NCBI GenBank assembly: GCA_041690135.1
Contig: JAWLHY010000001.1
Coordinates: 1-64,000 of the forward strand
DNA: 64,000 bases
Direction of reading: 5' to 3'
Source: Armatimonadota bacterium
GTDB taxonomy: Bacteria > Armatimonadota > SYMT01
Position numbers and translations under genes: made by a program
Shown: positions 9,824-19,461 of the stretch, one piece after another
How the letters are laid out: each line of letters starts with the position of its first letter
Numbering within the stretch: the stretch's first letter is position 1
Notes under the pieces: model-generated
Seen by the model: only the letters and a program-made list of their open reading frames with translations
Databases searched by the model: none
Told to the model about the DNA's origin: nothing

Positions 9824-10417
9824 TCAGCACCAGACCAGGCGGGCGGGCTCACCCAGGGTGCCGGCGACAATGGCATTCTGGCCGAAACGGCGGGCCAGGT
9901 GGAGCGCATCCTCTTCCCTGATGCCGAGGATCAGCAGGCTGGGCTCGGGTGGCCAGTCGCCCCCGGTGCCCACGCCAGCACCGGGGAGGACCCGAACCGG
10001 TTCGGTGTTCCTCGCGGCGTGTTGCTCTGTCGCCCTTTCAGGGCTTTTCTGTGCGGGCGTCAGGTCCGGGGGTTCGCACCCCCGGCTATTGTCTTTTCGC
10101 CCCTTCCATACGGACGCATGCGCCGGGGCTACGAAAGGGCGTTCACCGAAGTCCGATCCATCCTGCGAGAAAACCGAAGGGCCTTCGCACTGGAGTACAT
10201 ATGCCAGTTGCTCCATGCGCTGGTCGTTCTCGGCGGGGGAGAGGAGTTGGGAATGGGGGTTGCAGGCGGTGATGAAGGCCCACTCTCGCACACCGGCGGC
10301 GGAGAGCAGGGCATCCAGGTCCGGGCTGCGCTCTCCTATCCGGAGCGGGATATAGGCGTGCGGGGCGAAGACCCAGTAGACGGTTTCCTCGTAGGCCCGG
10401 ACCAGTGAAGCATCCAT
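9824..10417 (-). CDS. DUF3293-like protein with a ~60-aa in-frame insertion
   Basis: WAFITACNPHS..EN and DWPPEPSLLILG..RRFGQNAIV; gaggaggt RBS before ATG 10417. Confidence 0.8.
   Translation of the reverse strand: MDASLVRAYEETVYWVFAPHAYIPLRIGERSPDLDALLSAAGVREWAFITACNPHSQLLSPAENDQRMEQLAYVLQCEGPSVFSQDGSDFGERPFVAPAHASVWKGRKDNSRGCEPPDLTPAQKSPERATEQHAARNTEPVRVLPGAGVGTGGDWPPEPSLLILGIREEDALHLARRFGQNAIVAGTLGEPARLVWC
10028..10130. repeat. REP-like palindromic element inside the DUF3293 CDS
   Basis: tgtcgccctttcagggct ... ccggggg-ttcgca-cccccgg ... cgcccctt...ggggct. Confidence 0.6.
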
Positions 10418-10615
10418 CGACCACCTCCTCTCCCACGAACGGTACCGGTTCAACATTCGCCCTGCGTCCGGCTACACCTTGGTGAGACCTCGAACGGATA
10501 GAGAAGCAAGCGACTTCTGCCGAATTCGTAGAAGGGTGGGGCGCCCGTCAGTTGGGTGCGAACCGCTCCGAGCATCGCTTCCCATCTTTCTCGATCCGTT
10601 ATCTCCTACCCGGCA

Positions 10616-12610
10616 ATGTCCAGCCCGAATCTCCCTTCTCCCGGCGGGCTCCCGCCCCGTGACCAGCAGGCCCTCACGGCGTTCTGCCGAATGCTGGCAT
10701 CGGCACTCCCGTGTCATGCCGTGTTCGTGGCGACGGCCCCGGAAGGAGAGACGGGCGTGCCGCTCCTCGTTGCCGCGAGTGAAGGGGATCTCCACTGGGA
10801 AAACGCGCCCTTTCCCGCCTTTGTCGTCGCCACCCTCGACTCCGTACCGCCCCGCGAGGGTGAGTGCCGGGTACATACCGGTACGCTTCCCGTACCAGGT
10901 GCGCCGGAACCTCTCTCGATCTCCGCACTCGGCGCCAGCCTGCGGGAGGAACGCGGTCGACCCTGGGGGGCACTGGTGCTCGCGCGGCGGGGTGGGGGTG
11001 GCTTCACCGACGCCGCGCGCCGGGAGGTGGAGCAGAGCGTTTTGCTCGCCGAATCGCTGCTAGCCGGAAGCACCGCACGGTTGGCACTCGCCACTTCGGA
11101 AGAGCGCTTCCACTCCCTGCTGGATACCGCCGGCGACATCCTCTTTTGCCATGATACCGAGGGCCGGTTCGTCTGGACCAACCGCGCCGCATCGGAAATT
11201 ACCGGCTTTACAGAAGAGGAGTTGCTGGCCATGCGGGTAGACCAGCTCCTGGCGCCGGATTGCCTGGACCTCCTCCGGCAACGCGCGCAGTCTCGCCGTG
11301 CCGGCAACTTCGGCCGGAGCACCTGCGAGTATGTCTTCGTGGCCAAGGACGGGCGGCGAATCCCGGTAGAGGTCTGCACCAGCGCCCTCACGCGGAAGGG
11401 GCAGGTGGTCGCCGTCCACGGCATCGCGCGGGATACCACCGAACGCAAGCAACTCGAGGAGCAGCTCCGGCAGTCGCAGAAGCTGGACGCCATCGGACGG
11501 CTGGCCGGCGGCGTGGCGCACGACTTCAACAACATCCTCGCCGTGATCAACGGCTACGCCTCGATGCTTCTGGGGCAACTACAACCCGAGGCGGACCCGG
11601 TGGCCCTGCGCACCGGATTGGGGGAGATTCTCAAGGCCGGCGAAAGCGCCGCCGACCTCACGCGCCAGCTCCTGGCCTTCAGCCGGAAATCGCTCATCAC
11701 GCCTCGCGTCCTCCAGTTTCAGGAGGTCCTCCATGGGATGGAGGGAATGCTGTGTCGCCTGATTGGCGAGGACATCCACCTCCGAGTCGCCTCGGCACCC
11801 AACCTCTGGCCCGTACGCGCGGACCCCAGCCAGCTTCAGCAAGTGGTCCTCAACCTCGCGATCAACGCGCGCGACGCCATGCCCCGCGGCGGAACGCTCT
11901 CCCTCTCGCTGCGCAACTATCTTCACGAAGTCACCAGCAGCTCGCATCCCTCGCTCCGCCCGGGGCCTTACGTCCTGCTTCAGGTCCGGGATGATGGGGA
12001 GGGGATGGATGCCGAGACGCTGGACCAACTTTTCGAACCTTTCTTCACCACCCGCTCCGGCGGTAAGGGCACCGGGCTCGGCCTGGCGACCGTGTATGGG
12101 ATCGTGCAGCAGAGCGAAGGCGCGATCGAAGTGGAGAGCGCGCCGGGAACCGGTGCGCTATTCCGCGTATTTCTCCCGGCAGTTTGCGAAACGGAGGAAG
12201 CACCCATCCCGGACACAGCGCCGCGCGCTCCGGCCCCGGGGCAGACGATTCTGCTGGTAGAGGATGAGCCGATGCTGCTGCGGCTCGTCCGGATGGTACT
12301 CACCCAGGCCGGATACGAGGTGCTGGACGCGGGGGCTCCCGGCGAAGCGCTGCTCCGTGCCAAAGGACACGAGGGTAAGCTCGATCTGCTGCTCACCGAT
12401 GTGGTGATGCCGGGGATGGGAGGACGGGAGCTGGCCGAGCGCCTGCGGAATAGCTGTCCTACTTTGAAGGTGCTATTTATGTCGGGTTACACCGACGACG
12501 CGGTGCTGCGATACGGCGTCTCTGCCGCGGAAACTGCGTTCATCCAGAAGCCTTTTACCCCGGCCGAGCTCCTGGAGCAGGTTGTCGCCGTGCTCGGGGC
12601 TCCGGGGTAA
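10616..12610 (+). CDS. PAS-domain hybrid sensor histidine kinase/response regulator
   Basis: PAS; LAGGVAHDFNN H-box; NLAINARDAM; FEPFFTT..GKGTGLGLA; receiver LLVEDE/LLTDVVMP. Confidence 0.95.
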   Translation: MSSPNLPSPGGLPPRDQQALTAFCRMLASALPCHAVFVATAPEGETGVPLLVAASEGDLHWENAPFPAFVVATLDSVPPREGECRVHTGTLPVPGAPEPLSISALGASLREERGRPWGALVLARRGGGGFTDAARREVEQSVLLAESLLAGSTARLALATSEERFHSLLDTAGDILFCHDTEGRFVWTNRAASEITGFTEEELLAMRVDQLLAPDCLDLLRQRAQSRRAGNFGRSTCEYVFVAKDGRRIPVEVCTSALTRKGQVVAVHGIARDTTERKQLEEQLRQSQKLDAIGRLAGGVAHDFNNILAVINGYASMLLGQLQPEADPVALRTGLGEILKAGESAADLTRQLLAFSRKSLITPRVLQFQEVLHGMEGMLCRLIGEDIHLRVASAPNLWPVRADPSQLQQVVLNLAINARDAMPRGGTLSLSLRNYLHEVTSSSHPSLRPGPYVLLQVRDDGEGMDAETLDQLFEPFFTTRSGGKGTGLGLATVYGIVQQSEGAIEVESAPGTGALFRVFLPAVCETEEAPIPDTAPRAPAPGQTILLVEDEPMLLRLVRMVLTQAGYEVLDAGAPGEALLRAKGHEGKLDLLLTDVVMPGMGGRELAERLRNSCPTLKVLFMSGYTDDAVLRYGVSAAETAFIQKPFTPAELLEQVVAVLGAPG

Positions 12611-12621
12611 TCACCGCATCC

Positions 12622-14166
12622 TCAGGCCAGGAGGTCCCGCATCACGTCGTGGGTTTCCACGAGGGGAAGGGGGCGCTGCTGCGGGTCCAAGATCATCATG
12701 TGCGGATCGATCCCCAGGAGGTGGTAGATCGTGCAGAGCACTTCCTTCGGCGACACGGGCCGCTCGTCCGGGTAGCCGGCGTGCTCGTCCGTCTTGCCGA
12801 TCACCGCGCCTTCCCGGATGCCGGCGCCGGCGAACAGGTTGCAGTAGGCGTGCGACCAGTGCCCCCGGCCCCCGCCGCCCTGCGGGCCCTGGCCATCGAC
12901 TCCCGCATCCATCTTGGGGGTCCGGCCGTGCTCGCACATCACGCAGACCAGCGTCTCGTCCAGCATGCCGCGGTCGTCAAGGTCCTGCATCAGGGCGGAA
13001 AAAGCGCGGTCGAAGCCGGGGCAAAGCTCCGTCTTCAGGCGCTTCTCCAGGAAAACGTGGGTGTCCCAGGCGGAGTTGCCCAGGTTGTACTCGTCCCAGA
13101 AGACGGTCACCACCCGGGCGCCCGCTTCCAGCAGCCGCCGCCCGGCCAGGGTCGCCTGCCCGAACAGGGTCATCCCGTAGGCCTCGCGAGTCTTCATGGA
13201 TTCCGACTGGATATCCATCGCGCCGCGGAGCTTGTCGGAGGTCAGGAGATTCAACGCCAGCTGGCGCGAGCGGTCCCACGCGCGGACCTCGTCCATCTCG
13301 TCGAGTGCGGCGCGCTGGCTGTCGAACTGGCTGAGAATCGATTGGCGGCGGCTGAGGCGGTCCAGCGTGATGTCTCGCGACTGCCGCCCCGGTGAGAAAG
13401 TGAAGCGGGTTTCGGGAGTAATTCCCCCATAAGGGTTCTCCCGCCCCTGGCCATAGGGATCCTCGCCGGTGGACTTACCTTCCCAACTGGACACCACGGG
13501 CGCCCAGCCGGTACCGAGCCAGTGGGGCTGCGGGCCGGGACGGCGGAAGGTGTGGGGCAGCACCAGGTTCGTGGGAATCGTTTTCTCCGGCAGCCCCGCC
13601 CGGCGCCGGTGCATCGTATCCACGTAGTCCACCACGGAACCGAAGTAAGGCCAGTGCCGCGGGTCCCGGGTGTTCACTTCCCGGGCCAGGTCGGTGGTCC
13701 CCATCCCGGTGAGGGTGAAGGAGACCCCGTGGATCGGGTACTCATGGGTCATGGTCCGCACGGTCGCCACCCGGTGCATCCACTTCGCCATGCGGGGCAG
13801 GTGCTCGCTGATCTCGATGCTGGAGTTGGACGTGCGGATCGGCTTGAAGGGACCGCGAACCTCTTCGGGAGCGTTGGGCTTCATGTCCCACGTCTCGAGC
13901 TGGGACGGAGAACCGTAAAGGAAGAGGATGATGACGTTCTTCGCCTTGCCGAAGGTGGAGCCGCCCCCGGCCGGTTTTCCACCTGGGTTTCCATCCAGCT
14001 TTCCGGCGCCGAGCGGGGCGGCCTGCACCGCCTGGGCGTTTTGCAGGGCGAAGATGTCTCCCAGGGTCAGGCCGAAAAGCGACAGGGCGCCGGCCTGAAT
14101 CAGGTCGCGGCGGGCCACGCCGTCGCACAGCTTCTTGTTGTTCCCCAGGATCCGCAGTACCGACAT
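12622..14166 (-). CDS. DUF1501 domain protein
   Basis: RRDLIQAG leader, PSQLETWDMKP, RRLLEAG, WDTH, EHGRTPK, GRGHW. Confidence 0.9.
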   Translation of the reverse strand: MSVLRILGNNKKLCDGVARRDLIQAGALSLFGLTLGDIFALQNAQAVQAAPLGAGKLDGNPGGKPAGGGSTFGKAKNVIILFLYGSPSQLETWDMKPNAPEEVRGPFKPIRTSNSSIEISEHLPRMAKWMHRVATVRTMTHEYPIHGVSFTLTGMGTTDLAREVNTRDPRHWPYFGSVVDYVDTMHRRRAGLPEKTIPTNLVLPHTFRRPGPQPHWLGTGWAPVVSSWEGKSTGEDPYGQGRENPYGGITPETRFTFSPGRQSRDITLDRLSRRQSILSQFDSQRAALDEMDEVRAWDRSRQLALNLLTSDKLRGAMDIQSESMKTREAYGMTLFGQATLAGRRLLEAGARVVTVFWDEYNLGNSAWDTHVFLEKRLKTELCPGFDRAFSALMQDLDDRGMLDETLVCVMCEHGRTPKMDAGVDGQGPQGGGGRGHWSHAYCNLFAGAGIREGAVIGKTDEHAGYPDERPVSPKEVLCTIYHLLGIDPHMMILDPQQRPLPLVETHDVMRDLLA

Positions 14167-14281
14167 GCTTGCTCCCCGGCACGCAGCTCCGCGCGCCCAC
14201 TTCACTAAGAGTCCATTTATCCCCGTGAGTTACGTCGTGAAAGGCAACGAGGGCACCCTCAACAGTATTCCAACCCGGGCC

Positions 14282-15397
14282 TCACACGTAGTTGTAACCG
14301 TACCACAGAAGGGGCAGGGGGAACACCGTATCCACCGCCTGCCGCACCCGGTCCGGCAGCAGCGGCACGGAGCGGGCTGCGTCCGTATCCCCACCGAAGA
14401 CCAGCGCCGTCAACTGGCCCATGGTCTCCAGCACGAAACTCTGGCCGCCGGCGGTGAGACGGGCGCCCTCTCCCACGGCTTCCAGTTGGAGCGTGTCGCC
14501 GGCGCGCTCCCCCACCAGGGGACGCACCGCCGCCAGGAAACGCTCGGGATCGATGATGCCGACCGTTCCCGGAAACGGCGCCGGGCTCCACTCCCAGCCG
14601 CGGAGAGCGGCATGGGCTCGCCACTCCGCGTCCGAACCCCACACCACCACCTCGGCCGCCTCCGCCCCGTACTGCGCGGCCAGGCCCGGCAACACGGCCG
14701 CCAGGGCGCTGCGGCTCCCCGCGACCTCCCGCACCCGCGCCGCTTCCGCGCCGGACTGGGGGCGCTGGATGCCGGCGTAGCCCACGATGGCGTTGCCGTG
14801 CCGGATCACGCGGATATCGGCCGGCTGGTTCATCAGCATCCCCGCCGCCACCAGCTTATGCCAGTCCGAGGCCGGGCGGAAGAAGCGGACCGGCTCCGAC
14901 TGGTAAAGGGCGATCAGGGCGGGGAGATCGTCGTCCTGGTACTCATCGACCGAATAGCCGGGCTCCGCCGGGCCGGCCGGCACCCGGTACTGCTGGAACA
15001 GCCCCACTTCCACATAGCCCAGCCGGTGATAGAGACCCCGGTCGCCCGAGATGAGCATCAAACTCGCCCCGTGCTCAATCGCCTGGCGGCGGGCATCCGC
15101 CATGAGCCGGCTCGCCAACCCGCGGCCCCGGTGGTCCGGATCCGTGGCCACCGCGCCGATACTGGCTACCCGCACCGGCGCGCCCAGGAGGTGCGCCTCC
15201 CGCAGGCAGATCCCCACGTGAGCCACCAGCCGATCCCCATAACGGGCGACCCGCAGGTTCTCGACATTCTGGCCCTCGAAGACCAGCGGGTATTCGCTGC
15301 CCATGTCGCCCGGCCGCTTCGCGCGGAACACGCGGTTGGCCAGTTCAACCAGTTGAAAGAGCTCCGTCGGCTTACAGGGCCCGAAGGTATAGTCCAT
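14282..15397 (-). CDS. GNAT acetyltransferase (Eis-like)
   Basis: IGAVATDPDHRGRGLAS; LYHRLGY. Confidence 0.85.
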   Translation of the reverse strand: MDYTFGPCKPTELFQLVELANRVFRAKRPGDMGSEYPLVFEGQNVENLRVARYGDRLVAHVGICLREAHLLGAPVRVASIGAVATDPDHRGRGLASRLMADARRQAIEHGASLMLISGDRGLYHRLGYVEVGLFQQYRVPAGPAEPGYSVDEYQDDDLPALIALYQSEPVRFFRPASDWHKLVAAGMLMNQPADIRVIRHGNAIVGYAGIQRPQSGAEAARVREVAGSRSALAAVLPGLAAQYGAEAAEVVVWGSDAEWRAHAALRGWEWSPAPFPGTVGIIDPERFLAAVRPLVGERAGDTLQLEAVGEGARLTAGGQSFVLETMGQLTALVFGGDTDAARSVPLLPDRVRQAVDTVFPLPLLWYGYNYV

Positions 15398-15449
15398 GGT
15401 CGTTTCCCCTTCCTCTTCAGAGCCGGTTCAAGAAGTGGAGGAGCGGCCC

Positions 15450-16565
15450 TTACCTGACTGCCGCCGCCACCTGATTACTTAGAAGCCCGATGAAACGGCC
15501 GATGCCGGGCTGGTTGGAAAAGAACACCATAGAGACACCCGTCTCCGGATCGTTCCAAACGCCTGTCCCGGTAGCGCCGGCATGTCCGTAGGCACCGCGG
15601 CTCACGAGATCTCCCAGGTATTCGCTCTCCCGGCCAGCCGCGGAACGCCAGCCGTAGCCCCACGTCGAGCGGAGGCGCGCCGCGGGGAAGAGATGAGGGA
15701 GGTCGGCGGTCCGGTTACCCGTCATCTCCCGCACCATCGCCGGGCTGAAGTAGCAACGGCCTTCCCACTCGCCGCCCCGCAGCAGCATCTGGAGAAAGCG
15801 CAGGTATTCGGGCGCCGTGGAGTACATCCCGCCCCAGGGGGCGCCGAACTCCCGCCAATAGGGGCTGTTCCAGTCCCAATCACTTGCGGTCTGCTCCGGA
15901 GGCAATCGGCAGGTGGCTGCCCGTTCCGCGAACTCCGGACGCCAGCCGAGCGCGGTGTGGGTCATCCCCAGCAGCAGGAAGAACTCGCGGCGCAGGAACT
16001 CCCGGCAGGATGATCCGGTCACCCGCTCAATAATGGCCCCCAGCAGGGCGATGCCGGTGCTCTGGTAGCTGACGTCGGTCCCCGGAGGGAAGAGGAGCGG
16101 AGTGGTGGCGATGCGGCAGACGAACTCCTCCAGCGAGGCATGTCGGCGGCGCAGTTCGAAGTTCTCCGGCAGCATATCGGGCAGGCCGGAGGTGTGCGTG
16201 AGGAGATGCCGCACCCGCACCTCCGCCCGGTCCTCTCCCGCGAAGTCCGGCAGATAACGCGACACCGGGTCGTCCACCGCCACCTCGCCCCGGTCGATCA
16301 GCAGGCAGACCCCCGCGGCCACCACGGGCTTGGTGACGGAAGCGATCAGCCAGACCGTCTCCGGCGTTGCGGGACGGTCCTCTCCCGCCAGCCCCCACGC
16401 CTCATTGAGGACCACCGCTCCGTGACGGGCTACCGCCAGCGTACAACCCGGGATCTCCCCCCGTTCGGTCGCCTCGCGGCAGAACCGCCGCACCCGCTCC
16501 AGATGCGCGACGTCAAAACCGCGCGAGCCCTCGTAACTCGAGCTCTCCCCGCAGTGAGCATTCAT
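15450..16565 (-). CDS. Serine hydrolase, beta-lactamase class C-like family
   Basis: SxxK (ASVTK), LLTHTSGLP, YQS, YGHAGATG. Confidence 0.9.
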   Translation of the reverse strand: MNAHCGESSSYEGSRGFDVAHLERVRRFCREATERGEIPGCTLAVARHGAVVLNEAWGLAGEDRPATPETVWLIASVTKPVVAAGVCLLIDRGEVAVDDPVSRYLPDFAGEDRAEVRVRHLLTHTSGLPDMLPENFELRRRHASLEEFVCRIATTPLLFPPGTDVSYQSTGIALLGAIIERVTGSSCREFLRREFFLLLGMTHTALGWRPEFAERAATCRLPPEQTASDWDWNSPYWREFGAPWGGMYSTAPEYLRFLQMLLRGGEWEGRCYFSPAMVREMTGNRTADLPHLFPAARLRSTWGYGWRSAAGRESEYLGDLVSRGAYGHAGATGTGVWNDPETGVSMVFFSNQPGIGRFIGLLSNQVAAAVR

Positions 16566-16683
16566 CGGACACCCCTCCCACCCGCCCGAGCGGCCAGGCT
16601 CCCCCACGCTCGTGGACAAATCCAGGGAATGTTGTAATCATACTTCCGGAACGCCTCCATGGGGAGGCGCCGGAGGTGAGACC

Positions 16684-17025
16684 ATGAAAGTACAGGTTAA
16701 AGAGCATATCCGCCGCCAGCACCCCTGGGACGTCGTCCGCTTTGCGGCGCACCTGCCCAACTTCGTGCGCCTGTTCGTGCGCCTCCTGACGGACCGCTGC
16801 GTGAGCGGGTTCGCCAAGGCGCTCCTGCTGGCGGGGGCCGTCTACGCCGTCTCGCCCATGGATTTCCTGCCGGACCTGATGCCGGTGCTGGGGCAGATGG
16901 ATGACCTGACGATCTTCATCATGGCCTGCCGGATGTTCCTGCACCTTTGCCCGCGCGACCGGGTGCGCCTGCACGTCGCCGAGATCGACCGCACCTGGAC
17001 ACCCTTCGTTACGGATAAGGACTGA
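16684..17025 (+). CDS. YkvA/DUF1232 membrane protein
   Basis: YAVSPMDFLPDLMPVLGQMDD; ggaggtg RBS. Confidence 0.9.
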   Translation: MKVQVKEHIRRQHPWDVVRFAAHLPNFVRLFVRLLTDRCVSGFAKALLLAGAVYAVSPMDFLPDLMPVLGQMDDLTIFIMACRMFLHLCPRDRVRLHVAEIDRTWTPFVTDKD

Positions 17026-17305
17026 AGGACTGCAGGACTGAAGGATAAAGATAAGGATAAAGAGGGGGGCGGTGCGTGGCCTTGGCTGCGGCACTTCCCC
17101 CTTTGTTGCGATTAATACGAGGATTACGATTAGGATTAGGAGATCGTGGTCCGTGGGCGCTACCGCTCAACCCACAACCCCATCCTGATCACAACCCTCC
17201 GCTTACCCCCGCATCACTTTGTCGCCAGCATCCGGTACGACCACCCCGCCTTCACCGCAGCTTAAACCCTCTTCTCTCCTTTGCGTCTTTGCGCCTTTGC
17301 GAGAG
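17017..17305. repeat. Cluster of degenerate 6- and 8-mer tandem repeats between convergent genes
   Basis: (aggactga)x3, (gataa[ag])n, gattacgattaggattagg, ctttgcgtctttgcgcctttgcg. Confidence 0.65.
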
Positions 17306-17336
17306 ATTGCCCCTTCGTTTCCACTTCCAGGGAGCT

Positions 17337-18494
17337 TCAGCTCTTTTGCAGCACCAGGAGTTGGGTGCGGAGCTCCAGCACGACGCGGTCGCCGACGGGG
17401 GTGATGTCGGGGATCAGCTTCGGGGAGCGGACTTCCCAGCGCAGGTCGCCAGTCGCTCCGTCCAGGCAGAGGGCCGCCCAGCCGCCCGGTTCGGGGTCGC
17501 GGCTGACGCGGACGTAGACTGCCTTCTCATCCGCCGTGAGGCCGTGCACCTGACCCAGGCGACGCTCCCAACGGAGGGCGCCATCCGCCGGGTCCAGGCA
17601 GAGCAGCCGGCCGGACCAGGTTTCGGCGAAGAGACGCCCGGCACCGGAGCGCACCGAAAAGATCGCGTCATCCGGGTCCTCGAGCACCCGTGTCCAGATC
17701 TCGGCCCCGGTGGCCGCTTCCACGGCATGGAGCTGGCCGTCCGTGAGGAAGACCCGTTCGCCCAGGGCCACGCCCCGGGCCTCGAAAGCCCGCTCCGTCT
17801 CCAGCTGCCAGCGGACCTCCCCGGTCTCGGCATCCACCGCCGCCGCTCCGGCGCCGTGCGCGGAGACGACCAGGACTCCGTTCACCACCGGGCCCGCCGC
17901 CACGGGCTCGTCTTCCGCGCTGAACTCCCAGGCCAGCTCGCCCTCTTCCGTGCGGTAGGTCCGGATCAGCTCCTCGTCCGACTCTTCCACCACCAGGAGA
18001 CCCGCCTCCGGATGCACATGCAGCTCCGGCTCCGCGCTGCAGGGGGCCCGCCAGCGCATCTTCCCGTCCTCCCGGTTCAGGGCGAAGAGGGGACCGTTGG
18101 TCGCGAGGTACGCGTTCCGCTCGTCCACCGCTACCCCGCTGATCGGACCTCCCGGCCGTTGGCGCCATCGCTGGGAACCGTCCACCGGATCCAATTCCCG
18201 TGCGTGCGCCCCCGAGCAGACGACGATGCCACCGCCGTCCGCCGCCAGGTCGTCCGGCATCGTGGTCCCGTCCTGGGTCCAGAGTTCTTTCCCCGTCGAG
18301 ATCCGGCGGCCGACGAGGCGCTCCTTCTCGATGAGGAGCACGGCGTCGCGCTCCGGCACCGCCTGCACCCAGAGGGGCCGCGCCGAGTGCTCCCACAGCA
18401 CCGGCGGCTGTCCGGCGGGGCACTCTCCCCACTCGAAGAGGGGAGGGAGGACTTTCTCTTTCCGGGGCTTCTGACGCTGTTGATGGGGGGGCAT
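17337..18494 (-). CDS. PQQ-like beta-propeller repeat protein (BamB-like fold, no evident signal peptide)
   Basis: About eight A-x-D-x-x-T/D-G-x-x-x-W blades. Confidence 0.85.
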   Translation of the reverse strand: MPPHQQRQKPRKEKVLPPLFEWGECPAGQPPVLWEHSARPLWVQAVPERDAVLLIEKERLVGRRISTGKELWTQDGTTMPDDLAADGGGIVVCSGAHARELDPVDGSQRWRQRPGGPISGVAVDERNAYLATNGPLFALNREDGKMRWRAPCSAEPELHVHPEAGLLVVEESDEELIRTYRTEEGELAWEFSAEDEPVAAGPVVNGVLVVSAHGAGAAAVDAETGEVRWQLETERAFEARGVALGERVFLTDGQLHAVEAATGAEIWTRVLEDPDDAIFSVRSGAGRLFAETWSGRLLCLDPADGALRWERRLGQVHGLTADEKAVYVRVSRDPEPGGWAALCLDGATGDLRWEVRSPKLIPDITPVGDRVVLELRTQLLVLQKS

Positions 18495-18598
18495 AGGACC
18501 GGATCTCCGACCCCGCCCGGTACAGAAATCGGCTGCGGGCAGGGATACTCATGGTTACTCCAGATGCCCCCAAGCGTCAAACACCCCTGCCTGCGGCG

Positions 18599-18811
18599 GA
18601 TTAGGATTCGGATGACGATTAAGATTACGCAAGGCCAGTTTGGAGCCCCATGTGGAGCTCGCATTCCCGTGTGGTCTCATTGACACGGATGTCACGGACA
18701 GCACGGATACTCACGGTAACCGCTCCGGCCGTAAGCCCAACCGTACCCACCGCAGTTTCCGAGGTTCCCAACCTTCAACATTTCAACCTTCCAACCTGCA
18801 ACATTCCAACC
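18599..18811. repeat. Cluster of degenerate 6-, 9- and 8-mer tandem repeats
   Basis: gattaggattcggatgacgattaagattacg; cacggatgtcacggacagcacggatactcacgg; caaccttcaacatttcaaccttccaacctgcaacattccaac. Confidence 0.65.
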
Positions 18812-18846
18812 CTGAACACGTCCCGTCATTTCGCATCCGCCCCGCC

Positions 18847-19062
18847 TCAGTCCAGGTCCTACTTGGCGAAGTAGTTGGCGAAGACGAGTCCGCCCTTGCC
18901 GCCGCCGATCCGCACGGAAGAAGTGCGGCCAAGGGCCCAGATCGCGGGAAGGCTCCAGGCATCCCCGGTATGGACGTTATTGTCCACGACGTAGTCGGCG
19001 GCCAGGGAGAAGTGGGGGCAGGGGGAGTACGCGAGACCGAACGCGGGGATGAAGTCCGATTC
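18847..19062 (-). pseudogene. 3' remnant of a third beta-barrel paralog
   Basis: SDFIPAFGLAYSPCPHFSLAADYVVDNNV...SSVRIGGGKGGLVFANYFAK*DLD* aligns with DDFIAGVGATY..NFSVSADYLINNDV...IFANYLRKWDWR; TAG at the Trp position; 5' part absent. Confidence 0.8.
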
Positions 19063-19461
19063 CCAGCCAGCCACCATTGCACACCGGGCGAGCGAGCGGA
19101 TTCTCAGACTCATCGAAGGTTCCTCATTTCGCGATTGGGGAGCCTCGTCGATACACCGGACGAACGATTATCCGGGGGTTCGCCACTCCACCTTTCGAAG
19201 GTAGTTTGCCGGCCCAGGGAATCCTACCGCTTGCCAGGCAGGATTCCAACCCCGATCAGAGATAAACTGGAAAGCGGGAAGCTGGCGGGCCGTTCGGCAA
19301 TCCGCCGATGCCCCGTTTCCCGCATAGCGAAGATTAACCGGTCGTATTGCGGCCTTGCAGGACGGGATGCAGTCCGGGGTCGTGGGCGGCGGATCGCGGG
19401 AGTTACCGCGATCGATTTCACCGGCCCGGCGCCCCAGGCGGCTCGGCAGAAGGAGAGATGC

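Noticed and set aside
17017-18811. Short repeats as a CRISPR array
   Set aside because: Units are 6-9 nt, with no spacers and no cas genes
18640-19461. N-terminal 274 aa of the 1258-aa ORF
   Set aside because: Runs through microsatellites and antisense to the barrel remnant; a good RBS and signal-like peptide begin at 19462
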